A DNA stretch of 64,000 nt from an uncultured Dorea sp. (GCA_964650695.1 CAZYVA010000001.1:1970-65969); one strand, 5' to 3'. Positions 19,101 through 29,257 are shown, counted from the first letter of the stretch. A program made the numbers and translations. Notes: generated by a model from the sequence alone, not told the origin.

Positions 19101-19655
19101 ATAGCTTCTCGAATACTCGTAGGTTCTCAAGATCAAGTCCTCGATTTTCCGATCATCCCGCCCCGTCCCGTAAGCAGAGGAAAACTCCAGGAACCGCGCC
19201 CCTCCTTCCCGGTACTTTTCTTCCAGTACCTCTTCTAACACATCATGCTGCAAAAGCTTTAATTCTCCCTCCTCCCCAACCCGGAACCCCGGATCGAGGC
19301 CGATGGCCGGGAAATGGTCGCGGATCACGGACAGGCAGAAACTATGGATCGTCGTGATCTGCGCCCCGTGGATAAAAGCCGCCTGCTGCTTCAGATGCTC
19401 ATTGTCCGGATCTTGAAGGAGTTTCTTCTCAATCGCGGCGCGGATCCGTTCTTTCATCTCCGCCGCAGCCGCTTCGGTAAAGGTTACGATCAAAAGGCGG
19501 TCCACATCCACCGGATGTTCCTCATCCGTCAGCATCCGGATGATCCGCTCTACAAGCACCGCTGTCTTACCGGATCCTGCCGCAGCCGATACAAGCAGGT
19601 TTTTATTCCGGAGCGTGATCACGTTCCGCTGCTCCTTTGTCCACATTACGCCCAT
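16107..19655 (-). CDS. addA: ATP-dependent helicase/nuclease AddA
   Basis: 1182 aa. UvrD-type motifs VSAAAGSGKTAVLVERI, TFTEAAAAEM, VDEYQD, MTIHKSKGLEFPVVF and YVAMTRAKE, plus a C-terminal RecB-type nuclease (GIIDVFF..LLDYKTD). GGAAGGAGGGG RBS. Confidence 0.95.
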   Translation of the reverse strand: MGVMWTKEQRNVITLRNKNLLVSAAAGSGKTAVLVERIIRMLTDEEHPVDVDRLLIVTFTEAAAAEMKERIRAAIEKKLLQDPDNEHLKQQAAFIHGAQITTIHSFCLSVIRDHFPAIGLDPGFRVGEEGELKLLQHDVLEEVLEEKYREGGARFLEFSSAYGTGRDDRKIEDLILRTYEYSRSYPDSEGWLASCEALYGIKDEEGFLDSPFVRFACENSKAYLEDAKNLVSTAIKICREPDGPMVYEGMLEADMEILEALCKASDYRALAEGIQKPGWVRMPINRDKTVSEEKMGQVKYVRSEVKAIVGDLQKQFFARDIPQMITAFAGCYPMVQELVDLVRRFSISFEQKKRGKNLIDFSDMEQYALRILTVKTEDGPAPSVIAKEYQEQFLEVMVDEYQDSSLVQEAILASVSRESQGEYNRFMVGDVKQSIYRFRLSRPELFLEKLHTYGTDEGDMQRIDLHKNFRSRKEVIDSVNAVFGQIMTASLGGVSYDAQAALYAGADYPENTALTTEVLVVDGKVEEEARAIAGRIRALIRDFRVTDPATGKLRDVRYRDIVILTRSVKGYADVMMEVLDQEGIPAVSGTKEGYFSTQEIGVLLDYLRVLNNRKQDIPLAAALASPIAGCGAEDLAAVRIAYPEAPFHEAAVLYAQQGEDASVREKLAHFFQVLDSLRERVPYTPMHELLMAVLSETGYGDYAAAMPGGEQRKANIEMLVEKARTFESTSYQGLFHFVRYMEQIQKYDVDYGEAGVEDGQSDAVRMMTIHKSKGLEFPVVFVAGLGKMFNQQDARSKAVLHPKLGIGLDWVDLEAHTRMATLAKKVMQKEEALETLGEELRILYVAMTRAKEKMILTGTMKSIPKKMEQYRLACMQKEKTISFGRLSRACGYWDWLIPALLRLGDDAPFVLSVVAPGELAKKDAREEWKSRFSKSMFEKWDDGKIYDEKAKAFFEEQFTYRYPYREGQNQKMKYTVSELKKRPHLQEGGEEAGELLYQEPEVVPLLPRFLDPQQESLDGARKGTVYHRALELFDFQREYPTPESVGEALESFAAQGKMTREEAAAVHIPDIWAFLQSLLGRRMRQAAASGRLWREQPFVLGVEADKGTDWVFIQGIIDVFFEEEDALVLLDYKTDRVLEGKELAERYHAQLDYYGRALEQITGKRVKERWIYSFALGEEILV

Positions 19656-22600
19656 GCCCTGCCCCTCCTTCCATCGCCGCGATCGCCGCCTCGCGGCTTA
19701 ACTTTTCCAGTTCCCGGTATGTATCGCCAGGAAGGCGTGTGTCAAACCCACACACATGGCGGTACCCGCAAAAATCACAGGCTGTCCCCGTCCCCATACG
19801 GTAAGGGTTTACCTTTGCGTCCCCATTTTGTATCCGGCGGTGCGCCTCCTGCACACATTCCAGCGCATACTGCAGCATCCGTTCAAAATCCCGCGCGGCA
19901 ACTGCTTTCGAGCCTTTGGAAAGAGAACCATCCTTATTGAATTTCACCGGTACTGCAATGGAATCCCCCGATTTTCCATGTTCCAGGTGCCCCAACGCAT
20001 TTCCCGACAGGTTCACAAGCCCGTCCGGGCAAAGCTCTTTTAAGATCCGCCGCTCTGTCTCGTCTTCCGGTGCGCTGCTATCCGGCAGTTCCACGAGCGG
20101 GTCGCTGATCCGGTAGTAAAAAACACCTGCCGGAATAACATCTTTTCCCGGATGTTTTTCCTGTTCCCGTTTCACAGCAGCGTCCATATAGACCATTAGC
20201 TGTAGCTGCAGCCCGTAATACAATGCGCTGATGTCAAATTCCTTCCTGCCGGTTTTGTAATCCACTACCTTTACATAGACCCCGTTTTCATCCTCGCACG
20301 TGTCGATCCGGTCAATCTTTCCATTGGCAAAACGCACTTCATATTCCTTTGCCTCAAAATCCCCGGCGCGAAGCTGCTTCGTCATCGCCCATATGCTGCA
20401 TTTCAGCAGCTTGCGGATCCGCGCCAGCAGGGCTTCATTGCGTGCGGTGCTGTAAAGGATGGAATTCCCATAATCCGCTATCGCTTCCTCCAGGCTTTCT
20501 TCCATCCATGCGTCCCGCTGCGCATCGGTGAGCGTCGTCCAGAGAAGCCCCTCCTTTTCCACCTTTCTGGAAAAACGCTCCAGCGCCCTATGGCAAAGGT
20601 TCCCCAGGTCCAGCGCCTCAAACGTATACTCTTCCCGTTCCCTGAGCTTTAGCCCATACGTCAGGAAATGCGCAAACGCACAGGCGTCAAACAGTTCTAT
20701 CCGGGAAATGCTGTCCGTGAATCCTTCCCCGTAAAGCTTTTTTGCCGTCTGTCCGGAAAAGCTATCTTTTGGCCTTTCGTATACCCCCGCTTCCAGGAGT
20801 GCGCGGATTTTCCCTTTCCATCGCGGGTTTTTCCTGTACCATGTATACAGCTCGCACCAGGTAGCATCCAATTCTTCCGGAAAGAGCCTCTTCTTCCCTA
20901 TCCAGATCGGCAAAGCTGTACGCGCCGTCAGTTCCCTCTCAAAAATACCCTTTTTTTCTTCCTCCTCAACGGGAAGCGACGGATAAAGCTTCCGGATTTC
21001 CTGTATCAGGTAAGAAGGGCGCAAAGCCTTTCCCTCCCCCGATACTTTACAATAATAAATATCTAAATATTCCGATGGCTTTGTCAGGTTCAGGTACAGA
21101 TAAAATTTCTGGTCGTAAGCACGTTCTTTGCCGCCGGGGGACAAGGGCAGGTTCTCCCCGTCAAAAACAGCTCTGTCCCTTTCTGAAAGCAGGCCGTTTT
21201 TCGCCAGGGATCCTGGAAGGCACGTATCCACCGCCCCTACGAAAATCAGCGCTTTGATGTCTTTGAGACGGGTCCGTTCCACATCCCCCACCACAACCTG
21301 GTCCGTGGACGGCGGGATCACGCCGACTTTGGCTTCTTCCAGCCCTGCGTCAAGCAGCTCCCTGTATTCTTTGAGGGAAACCGTCTCCTCCCCCAAAAGT
21401 TCCACAAACTTGTCAAATAACTCGATCAAGATCCGGTAAACCTGGGCGTATTCTTTTGCAAGGGCAAGCTCTCCTTTCTTCTGGAACTGCTCTTCCTGTT
21501 CTTTGATGCGGATCTGGAGGCGTTCTTTCACCATAAACCCATACATTGCCCGCGTCACCTCCGCTACGGTTTTCCGCCGTTTTTTTAAAACCGTGAACAG
21601 TTCCTCCACGCACAGGAGGAAACGGATGCGCAGGCGGTTCATCTCCTCCAGATCTTCCTCCGTCATGCCGCCCAGCCTGCGCACCCAAAGCTCCCGCCAT
21701 TTTTTCGCCCCTTTGATGCCAAGCCCGATGCAATAGTTGTCCAGCCGGTCCACCTCATCATAAGTAAAGCCGCTAAGCCCCGTCCTGAGGAAACGGAAAA
21801 CGCTCTCATAGGAAAAATCCTGCTCCGCCACCGCAAGGACGCTCCGCACATATTCCACAAAGGGATTGAAAAGGATGCTCCTTTTCCGGTCCATAAATGC
21901 TGGGATATCATATTGCAGAAATGCCTCTTCCAGATATCCCCCGTAAATATCCATGCTGCTGGCAATCACCCCGATCTCCCGGTAGCGGAAGCCTTTTTCC
22001 CGTACCAAAAAACGGATCCTCTCCGCCGCAGACAACGCTTCCTCCCTCGGATTTTTCGCAACATGAAGCCTGATATTGCCCACCTTTTTTTGATACTGCT
22101 GTTTCCCGTGCCGGAACAGGTTCCGCTCAAGGAACGCCATGCTTTCATTCCCGCGGAACCGGTAAACCGGATGGCGGTACAGGCAGACGGGTTCCGCTAT
22201 TTCCACCCCTGCCTCTCTTGCCAGCCCCACAAGGGAAGAAACCATTTTCTTACTCAGCCTGAAAAGCTGGAAAGGATCCCCCTGACAGAAGGGATCCTCC
22301 CGTTCATCCATCGTGACTGCCAGATAAACCTGCCTGCATGTCTTCGCAAGCTCCAGGATCAGGCGGTTCTGCACAGGTGTGAATCCGGTAAAGCCGTCCA
22401 GCACGATCGTCGTGTTTTTTAAAAGCCCGGATTTTCCCACCACGGCGCTCAGCACGTCCAGCAATTCTTCTTTGGTGATAAATTTCTCCTGGAGGTAGTC
22501 CAAAAAACCTTCATAAAGAAGCCGGATGTCCCGGAGCTTATACGAAAGCCCAGACTCCTCCCCGGTGCGCGCGATGACTTTTTCCAGCTTTTCCCCCGTG

Positions 22601-23001
22601 ATATCATACTGGGTGAATTCTGAAATCACGGATTTCACCTCGCTGATATAGCCAGGCTTTTGTATATTGCCGCGAAGCACCTTCAACCGGCCTTCATAAT
22701 CCGAGGCGATTTTTTTCAGGACCAGGTTTTTCCCTTCATCGTCCAAGACCGGAAGGTTTTTCTCCCCCGTCTCCTCGAACACCCGGTAGGCCAGCCGCGC
22801 GAAACTCAACACGTCGATGTTCATGATCCCTTTCCTGGGATGCGACAATACAAGGTCTTTCTGCGTCTGCATCGTGAATTGCTCTGGTACGATGACCATA
22901 TAGTTCTCTTCCGGATGCTCCAGTGATTCATGGATGGTTTTCCTGTATAGATAATGGGATTTCCCAGAGCCGGACGGCCCAAAGACAAATGTGAATGGCA
23001 T
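19603..23001 (-). CDS. addB: ATP-dependent helicase/nuclease AddB
   Basis: The ORF track begins at 23103. I place the start at MPFTFVFGPSGSGKSHYLY (23001). Degenerate helicase core, C-terminal nuclease (IDRID..VVDYKTG) and an Fe-S cysteine cluster (C...CDFCGYRHVC). Overlaps the addA start by ~50 nt. Confidence 0.93.
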   Translation of the reverse strand: MPFTFVFGPSGSGKSHYLYRKTIHESLEHPEENYMVIVPEQFTMQTQKDLVLSHPRKGIMNIDVLSFARLAYRVFEETGEKNLPVLDDEGKNLVLKKIASDYEGRLKVLRGNIQKPGYISEVKSVISEFTQYDITGEKLEKVIARTGEESGLSYKLRDIRLLYEGFLDYLQEKFITKEELLDVLSAVVGKSGLLKNTTIVLDGFTGFTPVQNRLILELAKTCRQVYLAVTMDEREDPFCQGDPFQLFRLSKKMVSSLVGLAREAGVEIAEPVCLYRHPVYRFRGNESMAFLERNLFRHGKQQYQKKVGNIRLHVAKNPREEALSAAERIRFLVREKGFRYREIGVIASSMDIYGGYLEEAFLQYDIPAFMDRKRSILFNPFVEYVRSVLAVAEQDFSYESVFRFLRTGLSGFTYDEVDRLDNYCIGLGIKGAKKWRELWVRRLGGMTEEDLEEMNRLRIRFLLCVEELFTVLKKRRKTVAEVTRAMYGFMVKERLQIRIKEQEEQFQKKGELALAKEYAQVYRILIELFDKFVELLGEETVSLKEYRELLDAGLEEAKVGVIPPSTDQVVVGDVERTRLKDIKALIFVGAVDTCLPGSLAKNGLLSERDRAVFDGENLPLSPGGKERAYDQKFYLYLNLTKPSEYLDIYYCKVSGEGKALRPSYLIQEIRKLYPSLPVEEEEKKGIFERELTARTALPIWIGKKRLFPEELDATWCELYTWYRKNPRWKGKIRALLEAGVYERPKDSFSGQTAKKLYGEGFTDSISRIELFDACAFAHFLTYGLKLREREEYTFEALDLGNLCHRALERFSRKVEKEGLLWTTLTDAQRDAWMEESLEEAIADYGNSILYSTARNEALLARIRKLLKCSIWAMTKQLRAGDFEAKEYEVRFANGKIDRIDTCEDENGVYVKVVDYKTGRKEFDISALYYGLQLQLMVYMDAAVKREQEKHPGKDVIPAGVFYYRISDPLVELPDSSAPEDETERRILKELCPDGLVNLSGNALGHLEHGKSGDSIAVPVKFNKDGSLSKGSKAVAARDFERMLQYALECVQEAHRRIQNGDAKVNPYRMGTGTACDFCGYRHVCGFDTRLPGDTYRELEKLSREAAIAAMEGGAGHGRNVDKGAAERDHAPE

Positions 23002-23055
23002 AGTAGGATTCCTCCGGTTGGTTTTCCGGGAACATGCGCCGCAAGGTATACGGCC

Positions 23056-23091
23056 AAAACAGGAGAGAGCCTGCCCGCCCTCCCCTGTTTT
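23056..23091 (-). terminator. Hairpin terminator between dapF and addB (T/A runs on both sides)
   Basis: aaaacaggagagagcctgcccgccctcccctgtttt is a GC-rich imperfect stem flanked by an A-run and a T-run. On the minus strand it follows the dapF stop. Confidence 0.55.
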
Positions 23092-23142
23092 CGGAACGGC
23101 CATGGACCAGGCAGGCAGCCCAGGTCATTCCATGGCCGTTCC

Positions 23143-24018
23143 CTATGGCTGGTACAGATTGTTCAGGATTTCTGTAAACTCATTGCTCAGCGTCAGTTTC
23201 GCCACGTAAAAGACGTCCCCTGTCATGTATACTTCGCCATCATCGGCAATTTCCACAGACAGGTCGCCTCCGGGCATGTGGACAACCACTTTACTGTTTG
23301 TCATGCCCAGCTTGCAGGCGACCCCCGCGGCCGCGCAGGCCCCGGTCCCGGAAGCAAGTGTGTATCCCGCGCCGCGCTCGTAGATTTCAATCGCAATGTT
23401 TTCTTTGTCGATCACTTTCATGATCTGCGTATTGACACGGTTCGGAAAATACCTTGCCATTTCCGCGTATTCCCCGATCTGGCAGACCAGGTGTTTGGAG
23501 ATCTCGCGCATTGGAATGACGCAATGCGGGTTCCCAACGCTGACACACGTGACCGGGTACAAGGTCCGCCCGAATACCATATCCTCATTGATGACCTCCC
23601 TGCGCTCCCCGGCCACCGGGATATCATCGCTCCAGAACGAAAGCTTCCCCATAGACACGCGGAGCCGGCTCCCATCCTCTTTCAAAAAGGTGACCTGCAC
23701 GCTTCCATGCTCCGTAAAAAGCTGGAAATTTTTCTTTTGCACATATGCCGCGTCCTTCAGGTATTTTGCGAAAATCCGCACGCCATTCCCACTGGTTTCC
23801 GAAATGCTCCCGTCCGGGTTCCATACCTTGACGTGCATCCCATCTTCCTGCAAAACGGGGCCTTCCAGCACGCCGTCCGCCCCCAGGCCGGAGTTGCGGT
23901 CGCAGATCACCCTGACATTTTCCGGACACAGCTTTAATTCATTCCTGTTCGGGTCAAAAATCAAATAATCATTCCCCAGCCCATGATACCTCTCTAACAA
24001 TGCTTTCATTTCCACCAT
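23143..24018 (-). CDS. dapF: Diaminopimelate epimerase
   Basis: YHGLGNDYLIFD, VSVGNPHCV and ERGAGYTLASGTGACAAA show the two catalytic Cys contexts of DapF. Confidence 0.93.
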   Translation of the reverse strand: MVEMKALLERYHGLGNDYLIFDPNRNELKLCPENVRVICDRNSGLGADGVLEGPVLQEDGMHVKVWNPDGSISETSGNGVRIFAKYLKDAAYVQKKNFQLFTEHGSVQVTFLKEDGSRLRVSMGKLSFWSDDIPVAGERREVINEDMVFGRTLYPVTCVSVGNPHCVIPMREISKHLVCQIGEYAEMARYFPNRVNTQIMKVIDKENIAIEIYERGAGYTLASGTGACAAAGVACKLGMTNSKVVVHMPGGDLSVEIADDGEVYMTGDVFYVAKLTLSNEFTEILNNLYQP

Positions 24019-24120
24019 TACCTCCTACTGTGAAACTTGACGTCACTATCCACGGTCAGGGACGCCCAATGACCAGGTATCCCGTGAATAGCAGCAACAA
24101 CTTGGCTGATTCCTATATAT

Positions 24121-24642
24121 TTACTGCAGAAACGCCGCTTCTTTCGCGGCGGCTTCATCCTGCGGGTACTGCTCCAGATAACGTTCCAGGTATGTCCTGG
24201 CGCTTTCGGTGTCTCCTTGCTTTTCCAGCGATACGATCCGGTTAAACGCCATCTCCTTTTTCAATTCCTCGCTGCAGGAGCCATCCCCCAGCCCTTTTTC
24301 AAAATAGCCCAGCGCGTTGTCGTAGTCCCCGGCCTGCATCGCGCAGCAGCCCATCAGATTATAAATCGTCCCGGTTTCCTTGCTGCCGTTTTCCAATGCG
24401 TTCTGGAACGCGGAAACCGCGCCTTCATAGTCCGCGCTTTCCCAAAGGCAGATACCAAGCCCCCGGTAAGAATCCCCAAGATTTTCCTTTTTCTCGATAG
24501 CGGCCTGAAAACCATCCGCCGCCGCCTCGTATTGCCCGTTCTGCAAAGCTTCCGCCGCCTGCTCATATTCCTTTTGCCCGCACCCTGCTAAAATGGCAAG
24601 CAGGACAGACAGCAGGCAAAAGACCCGGAATTTTCCCATCAT
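24121..24642 (-). CDS. TPR-repeat lipoprotein
   Basis: Lipobox LAILAGCGQ after a hydrophobic signal. Three or four TPR-like units (Y..A...F..A.., e.g. GDYDNALGYFEKGL). Confidence 0.8.
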   Translation of the reverse strand: MMGKFRVFCLLSVLLAILAGCGQKEYEQAAEALQNGQYEAAADGFQAAIEKKENLGDSYRGLGICLWESADYEGAVSAFQNALENGSKETGTIYNLMGCCAMQAGDYDNALGYFEKGLGDGSCSEELKKEMAFNRIVSLEKQGDTESARTYLERYLEQYPQDEAAAKEAAFLQ

Positions 24643-24645
24643 CCT

Positions 24646-25341
24646 TTACCACCCCTGATTTTCATCGTCCCCTTCGTCGATCTGCCAGTCGATCGGCTCC
24701 ACGCCGTGGCTCTCCAGGAATGCATTCGCCCGGCCAAACGGCCTGCTCCCGAAAAATCCGCGGCTGGCGGAAAGCGGGCTTGGGTGCGGGGATTTCAAAA
24801 CCAGATGCTCCGGGTTCGTCAGCATTTTTTCCTTTTTCTGTGCGGGGACACCCCACAAAAGAAATACCATCGGCCTTTCCTGCGCGTTCAGCGCCAGGAT
24901 CGCCGCGTCCGTGAACTCCTCCCATCCAAGCCCCCGATGGGAATTCGGCTGATGCGCGCGCACCGTCAAAACTGTATTGAGCATCAGCACGCCTTGCTTT
25001 GCCCATTTGGTCAGGCATCCATGGCTTGGGATCGTGCAGCCCAAATCGTCATGCAGCTCCTTGTAAATATTGGCCAGCGACGGCGGGATGTCCACCCCTT
25101 TTTTCACGGAAAAGCAAAGCCCGTGCGCCTGTCCCTCGCCATGGTACGGATCCTGCCCTAAGATCACGACCTTCACCTTATGCAGCGGCGTCAGGTGGAA
25201 TGCATTGAAAATATCATCTGCCGGCGGGAAAATCAACCGGGTATGGTATTCCTCATTCACTTTATCAAATAATTTTCTGTAATAAGGTTTCCGGAATTCG
25301 CCTTTTAATGCGTCCAGCCAATCATTGTTGATCGCCGCCAT
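24646..25341 (-). CDS. ung: Uracil-DNA glycosylase (family 1)
   Basis: VVILGQDPYHGEGQAHGLCFSV (water-activating loop), PPSL, and HPSPLSA (Leu-intercalation loop). Confidence 0.95.
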   Translation of the reverse strand: MAAINNDWLDALKGEFRKPYYRKLFDKVNEEYHTRLIFPPADDIFNAFHLTPLHKVKVVILGQDPYHGEGQAHGLCFSVKKGVDIPPSLANIYKELHDDLGCTIPSHGCLTKWAKQGVLMLNTVLTVRAHQPNSHRGLGWEEFTDAAILALNAQERPMVFLLWGVPAQKKEKMLTNPEHLVLKSPHPSPLSASRGFFGSRPFGRANAFLESHGVEPIDWQIDEGDDENQGW

Positions 25342-25383
25342 CTTTTCTCCTCCCGTAATTTTGGCGCGTAAGGTTTGGCCTGC

Positions 25384-26145
25384 TCACAGCCGTACAGATA
25401 CGTTCCTTTTCCTTAAATATTCTTTTACGTCCCGGATTTTCAGTTCCTTATAGTGGAACAGGGAAGCGGCAAGCGCCGCGTCCGCTTTCCCTTCGGTCAG
25501 TGCATCGTAAAAATGTTCCAACCTTCCTGCTCCGCCAGACGCTATCACCGGAATCTTCACCGTGTCCGCTACCTGCCTGGTCAGCGCGGTATCGTACCCG
25601 GCTTTCGTCCCGTCGCAGTCCATGCTTGTAAGAAGGATCTCCCCGGCGCCCAGCTTCTCCACCCGTGCCGCCCATTCCAGGGCATCCTTGCCAACATCGA
25701 TCCGGCCGCCGTTTTTATAAATATTCCAGCCGCTTTTATCGGCCCTCTGTTTTGCGTCGATCGCTACCACCACGCACTGGCTCCCAAACTTATCCGCCGC
25801 GTCGCTGATGAGGCGCGGCGTATTGATGGCGGAAGAATTGATGGAGATTTTGTCCGCCCCTTCCCTGAGCAGCACACGGAAATCCTCCACGCTGCGGATG
25901 CCGCCCCCTACTGTAAACGGGATGAACACCGTCTCCGCCACCCTGCGTACCATGTCCGCCACGGTCCCGCGTCCGTCCGAGGAAGCAGTGATGTCCAGAA
26001 AAACCAGTTCGTCCGCCCCTTCTTTATCATAGGCTTTCCCAATCTCCACCGGATCCCCGGCATCTTTCAGATTGACAAAATTCACGCCTTTTACCACGCG
26101 TCCGTTGTTGACATCCAGGCACGGGATAATCCTTTTTGTATGCAT
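25384..26145 (-). CDS. hisF: Imidazole glycerol phosphate synthase, cyclase subunit
   Basis: [53 protein letters not shown] and VIASGGAG match HisF along its full length. Confidence 0.95.
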   Translation of the reverse strand: MHTKRIIPCLDVNNGRVVKGVNFVNLKDAGDPVEIGKAYDKEGADELVFLDITASSDGRGTVADMVRRVAETVFIPFTVGGGIRSVEDFRVLLREGADKISINSSAINTPRLISDAADKFGSQCVVVAIDAKQRADKSGWNIYKNGGRIDVGKDALEWAARVEKLGAGEILLTSMDCDGTKAGYDTALTRQVADTVKIPVIASGGAGRLEHFYDALTEGKADAALAASLFHYKELKIRDVKEYLRKRNVSVRL

Positions 26146-26159
26146 CCTCTTTCCTCCGC

Positions 26160-26765
26160 CTACAGCCTGACAAAATTCTCCAGCATCCGGAGCCCTATCT
26201 CACCGCTTTTTTCCGGATGGAACTGGCAGGCAAATACATTCTTCCTCTCCACGGACGCATGGATGGGCGCCCCATACTCTGCCACCGCCGTCACGATCGC
26301 CGGATCTTTTGCTTTCAGATAGTAAGAATGCACAAAATAGACATAACAATCTTCTTCAATGTCCCGGAACAATTTCCCTTTGTTTGGAAAGGTAAGGGAG
26401 TTCCACCCCATATGGGGAATTTTCAAGCCACACGTCTCAGGGAGGCGCAGGATCTCCCCTTCCAGGATGCCAAGCCCTTTTACCCCCGGCGATTCGCTGC
26501 TGCGCTCAAACAAAAGCTGCAGCCCCAGGCAGATCCCCAGAAACGGCGTATCCTTTTCCACCGCCTCGCGGATCACCGCCTCCAGGGCATACCGGCAAAG
26601 CTTCCCCATAGCGTCCCCAAAGGCCCCTACGCCCGGAAGCACCACCTTATCCGCACGGGCGATTTCATTACGGTCCCGCGTCACAATGGTATCCTGCCCC
26701 AGGAACTGTAAGGCTTTCTCCACGCTCCGTATATTTCCCGCATCATAATCGATGATTGCTATCAT
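26160..26765 (-). CDS. hisH: Imidazole glycerol phosphate synthase, glutamine amidotransferase subunit
   Basis: [32 protein letters not shown] (catalytic Cys) and QFHPEKS (His/Glu) form the class I GATase triad. Confidence 0.93.
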   Translation of the reverse strand: MIAIIDYDAGNIRSVEKALQFLGQDTIVTRDRNEIARADKVVLPGVGAFGDAMGKLCRYALEAVIREAVEKDTPFLGICLGLQLLFERSSESPGVKGLGILEGEILRLPETCGLKIPHMGWNSLTFPNKGKLFRDIEEDCYVYFVHSYYLKAKDPAIVTAVAEYGAPIHASVERKNVFACQFHPEKSGEIGLRMLENFVRL

Positions 26766-26873
26766 GTGTCCTTCTTCCTCTTTTTTCGATGGCTGATGAT
26801 TTCCTGTTGTTTACTCTAACACACTTTATGAAAAAAAGAAATAAGGAAATATCGCGTTCCCCGACGGAAAGCG

Positions 26874-28352
26874 TTATCTCACATCCAGCTCAAACCAAAA
26901 CTCGACCCCGTTATCATAATTGTTCACCCCATATTGTTGATGGAAGGATTCCATGATTGCTTTCACAATGGACAGCCCGATCCCATTGCCGCCATACTCC
27001 CTTGTATGCGCCTTATCGACCTTATAAAACTTATCCCAGATCTTTCCCAGTTCTTCCTCCGGGATAGCGGCGCCAGTATTAAAGACCGTCACCCTCGCTT
27101 TTTCATCCGCCACCCGGATTTTGACCTCCACGATTTTTTCGTCCCTGGCATGGTGGAACGCGTTGCTTACGTAATTGCGCAGCACCTGTTCGACCTTAAA
27201 CTCATCCGCCCAGGCAAAAACCGGGACCTGCTCCCTGAAGATCACTTTGATTTCTTCCTGCTTTGCCAGAATATCCATACTCTGCAGGACCCCTTGCACC
27301 AGGGAAACGAGATCAAACCGTTCGAATACCACCTCCTCATCCCCAAATTCCAATTGGTTCAAAACCAGCAGGTTTTTCACCATCTGGTTCATCTTACCCG
27401 CCTCGTCCATGATGACGTCGCAGTAAAATTCACGGCTCTGGGCGTCTTCATTGACCTCTTCTTTTAGCCCTTCCGCATACCCCTGGATGAGCGCAATCGG
27501 GGTCTTCAGTTCATGGGAAACATTCCCCAGGAACTCGTTGCGCATCTGTTCCAGCTTGTCTTTCTGCTCCAGATCCTTTTGCAACTGGTTGTTTGCCTGC
27601 TTCAGCCCGGCAATCGTATGTTCCAGTTTTTCCGACATCCGGTTGAAGTTTTCTCCCAACTGCCCGATCTCATTGCTGCCTCCGCTTGTATACTTGGCCT
27701 CGAAATCCTGGTCCGCCATCCTTCTTGAAAGCTCAGCCAGCTCAAGGATCGGATCCGTCAGGCGTTTGGAAAAAAACCAGGCCAGCACCACACTGAGAAG
27801 CACCATGACAACGCCGATATAAATCAAAAAACGGTTGGAAATCCGGACGCTCTCCTGGATGCTTTCCAAGGGGCTCCGTATCATAAAATTCCCTCCTTCC
27901 TGGAAAGCCCCCCACATTTCAATATAATCCAGGCTGCTCCACCGGTCCCTCGACTGCGTGATCTCATAAGCATCCGTCTTTTCCAAAACCTGGGCATTTA
28001 ACGGCTCCTGGTTCAAAAGATGCCCGGTTAGCTGCCTGTCAAGATCATTCATATCATTTACATTTGTCAAGATCTGGCTGTTATCCTCATTGATGATCAA
28101 ATAAGATAAATTATTTTTTTCCGCCGCCTGGCTGATAGCCTCGGAATCTTCAACCGCTTCCAGGCTGCCTTCCTGCATCGCGGTTTCCAGGGCGTTATAA
28201 AATCCGATAAACGCCGTTTTTTTATTCTGGATATAATACGGCTCCAGGAAATTCATATTGATGACCGAAAGGGACAAGAAAGAAAAGCACATGACCCCGA
28301 TAAAAACAACCATCATCTGGCTTTTGATAGAAACCTTCATCGGAAGTTTCAT
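26874..28352 (-). CDS. Sensor histidine kinase (two TM helices, extracytoplasmic loop, HAMP, HisKA, HATPase_c)
   Basis: H-box FLGNVSHELKTPIALI, N-box region YVSNAFHHA, and G-box GGNGIGLSIVKAIM. 4-nt overlap with the upstream response regulator. Confidence 0.9.
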   Translation of the reverse strand: MKLPMKVSIKSQMMVVFIGVMCFSFLSLSVINMNFLEPYYIQNKKTAFIGFYNALETAMQEGSLEAVEDSEAISQAAEKNNLSYLIINEDNSQILTNVNDMNDLDRQLTGHLLNQEPLNAQVLEKTDAYEITQSRDRWSSLDYIEMWGAFQEGGNFMIRSPLESIQESVRISNRFLIYIGVVMVLLSVVLAWFFSKRLTDPILELAELSRRMADQDFEAKYTSGGSNEIGQLGENFNRMSEKLEHTIAGLKQANNQLQKDLEQKDKLEQMRNEFLGNVSHELKTPIALIQGYAEGLKEEVNEDAQSREFYCDVIMDEAGKMNQMVKNLLVLNQLEFGDEEVVFERFDLVSLVQGVLQSMDILAKQEEIKVIFREQVPVFAWADEFKVEQVLRNYVSNAFHHARDEKIVEVKIRVADEKARVTVFNTGAAIPEEELGKIWDKFYKVDKAHTREYGGNGIGLSIVKAIMESFHQQYGVNNYDNGVEFWFELDVR

Positions 28353-29032
28353 GGCTGTGCCACCTCAAACTTATATCCCATACCCCAGATCGTCTTAATA
28401 TAGTTCCCTTTCTCGCCCAGCTTGCTCCGCAGCTTCTTCACATGGGTATCGATCGTCCTTGCATCCCCGAAATAATCATAATTCCAGACATTGTTCAGGA
28501 TTTTCTCCCTCGACAACGCCCGCCCCTCATTCTCTATAAAATAAGAAAGAAGCTCAAACTCTTTAAAACTCAGCTCGATTTCCCTGCCCTCGATCGTCAC
28601 CTGATGGGCCGCTTTATCCATCACGATCCCGCCAGCATCCATTTTCTCCTCTTTCAGGGCTGTATGGCTCCTGCGCAGGATCGCTTCCACCCTGGCAACC
28701 AGGATCTTCGGGCTGAACGGCTTGGAAATATACTCGTCCACGCCAGACTCGAATCCCTGCAGCTCGTCCCGCTCGTCCGAACGCGCGGTCAGCATAATGA
28801 TCGGCACTTTCGAAGACTGCCGTATCTCCCGGCATACCTGCCAGCCGTCCATCTTCGGCATCATCACATCCAGGATCACCAAGGAGATATCCTTATCCTC
28901 ATAAAAAATCTGCATGGCTTCCAGTCCATTCTCCGCTTCCAGGACTTTATAATTTTTTTTCTCAAGGAAATCCCGTACAAGCTTCCGCATCCTTCCTTCA
29001 TCATCCACTACCAGAATCTTGATCTGTTCCAT
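28349..29032 (-). CDS. OmpR/PhoB-family response regulator
   Basis: The ORF track begins at 29152. The real start is probably MEQIKILVVDDEGRM (29032) behind AAGGAGG. Receiver Asp in LVILDVMMPKMDG. C-terminal winged helix ...TIDTHVKKLRSKL...IKTIWGMGYKF. Confidence 0.92.
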   Translation of the reverse strand: MEQIKILVVDDEGRMRKLVRDFLEKKNYKVLEAENGLEAMQIFYEDKDISLVILDVMMPKMDGWQVCREIRQSSKVPIIMLTARSDERDELQGFESGVDEYISKPFSPKILVARVEAILRRSHTALKEEKMDAGGIVMDKAAHQVTIEGREIELSFKEFELLSYFIENEGRALSREKILNNVWNYDYFGDARTIDTHVKKLRSKLGEKGNYIKTIWGMGYKFEVAQP

Positions 29033-29257
29033 ATCGCCAACCTCCTTACACAGTCCGTATACCCCATTTGTTACCATCCACGGCCAAAGAGGCCGCCCAC
29101 AGTAACGATTCAGGGCGATATTGACCGTTTGCTTCGCAAAATCGCCCCTCACGTATCCAAAAATCCTCTTGCAAGCAAGCTTGCATCGGTTTTTTGTCTA
29201 TTTGACCTTGTATCATCAATATTATCAAATAAATATGTCAGAATTGTGAAGTTCTCC

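Noticed and set aside
22954-23937. A 327-aa plus-strand ORF across the addB start and dapF
   Set aside because: It is antisense to dapF, spans an intergenic terminator, has low-complexity R/P/H-rich sequence, and shows no start-site signals.
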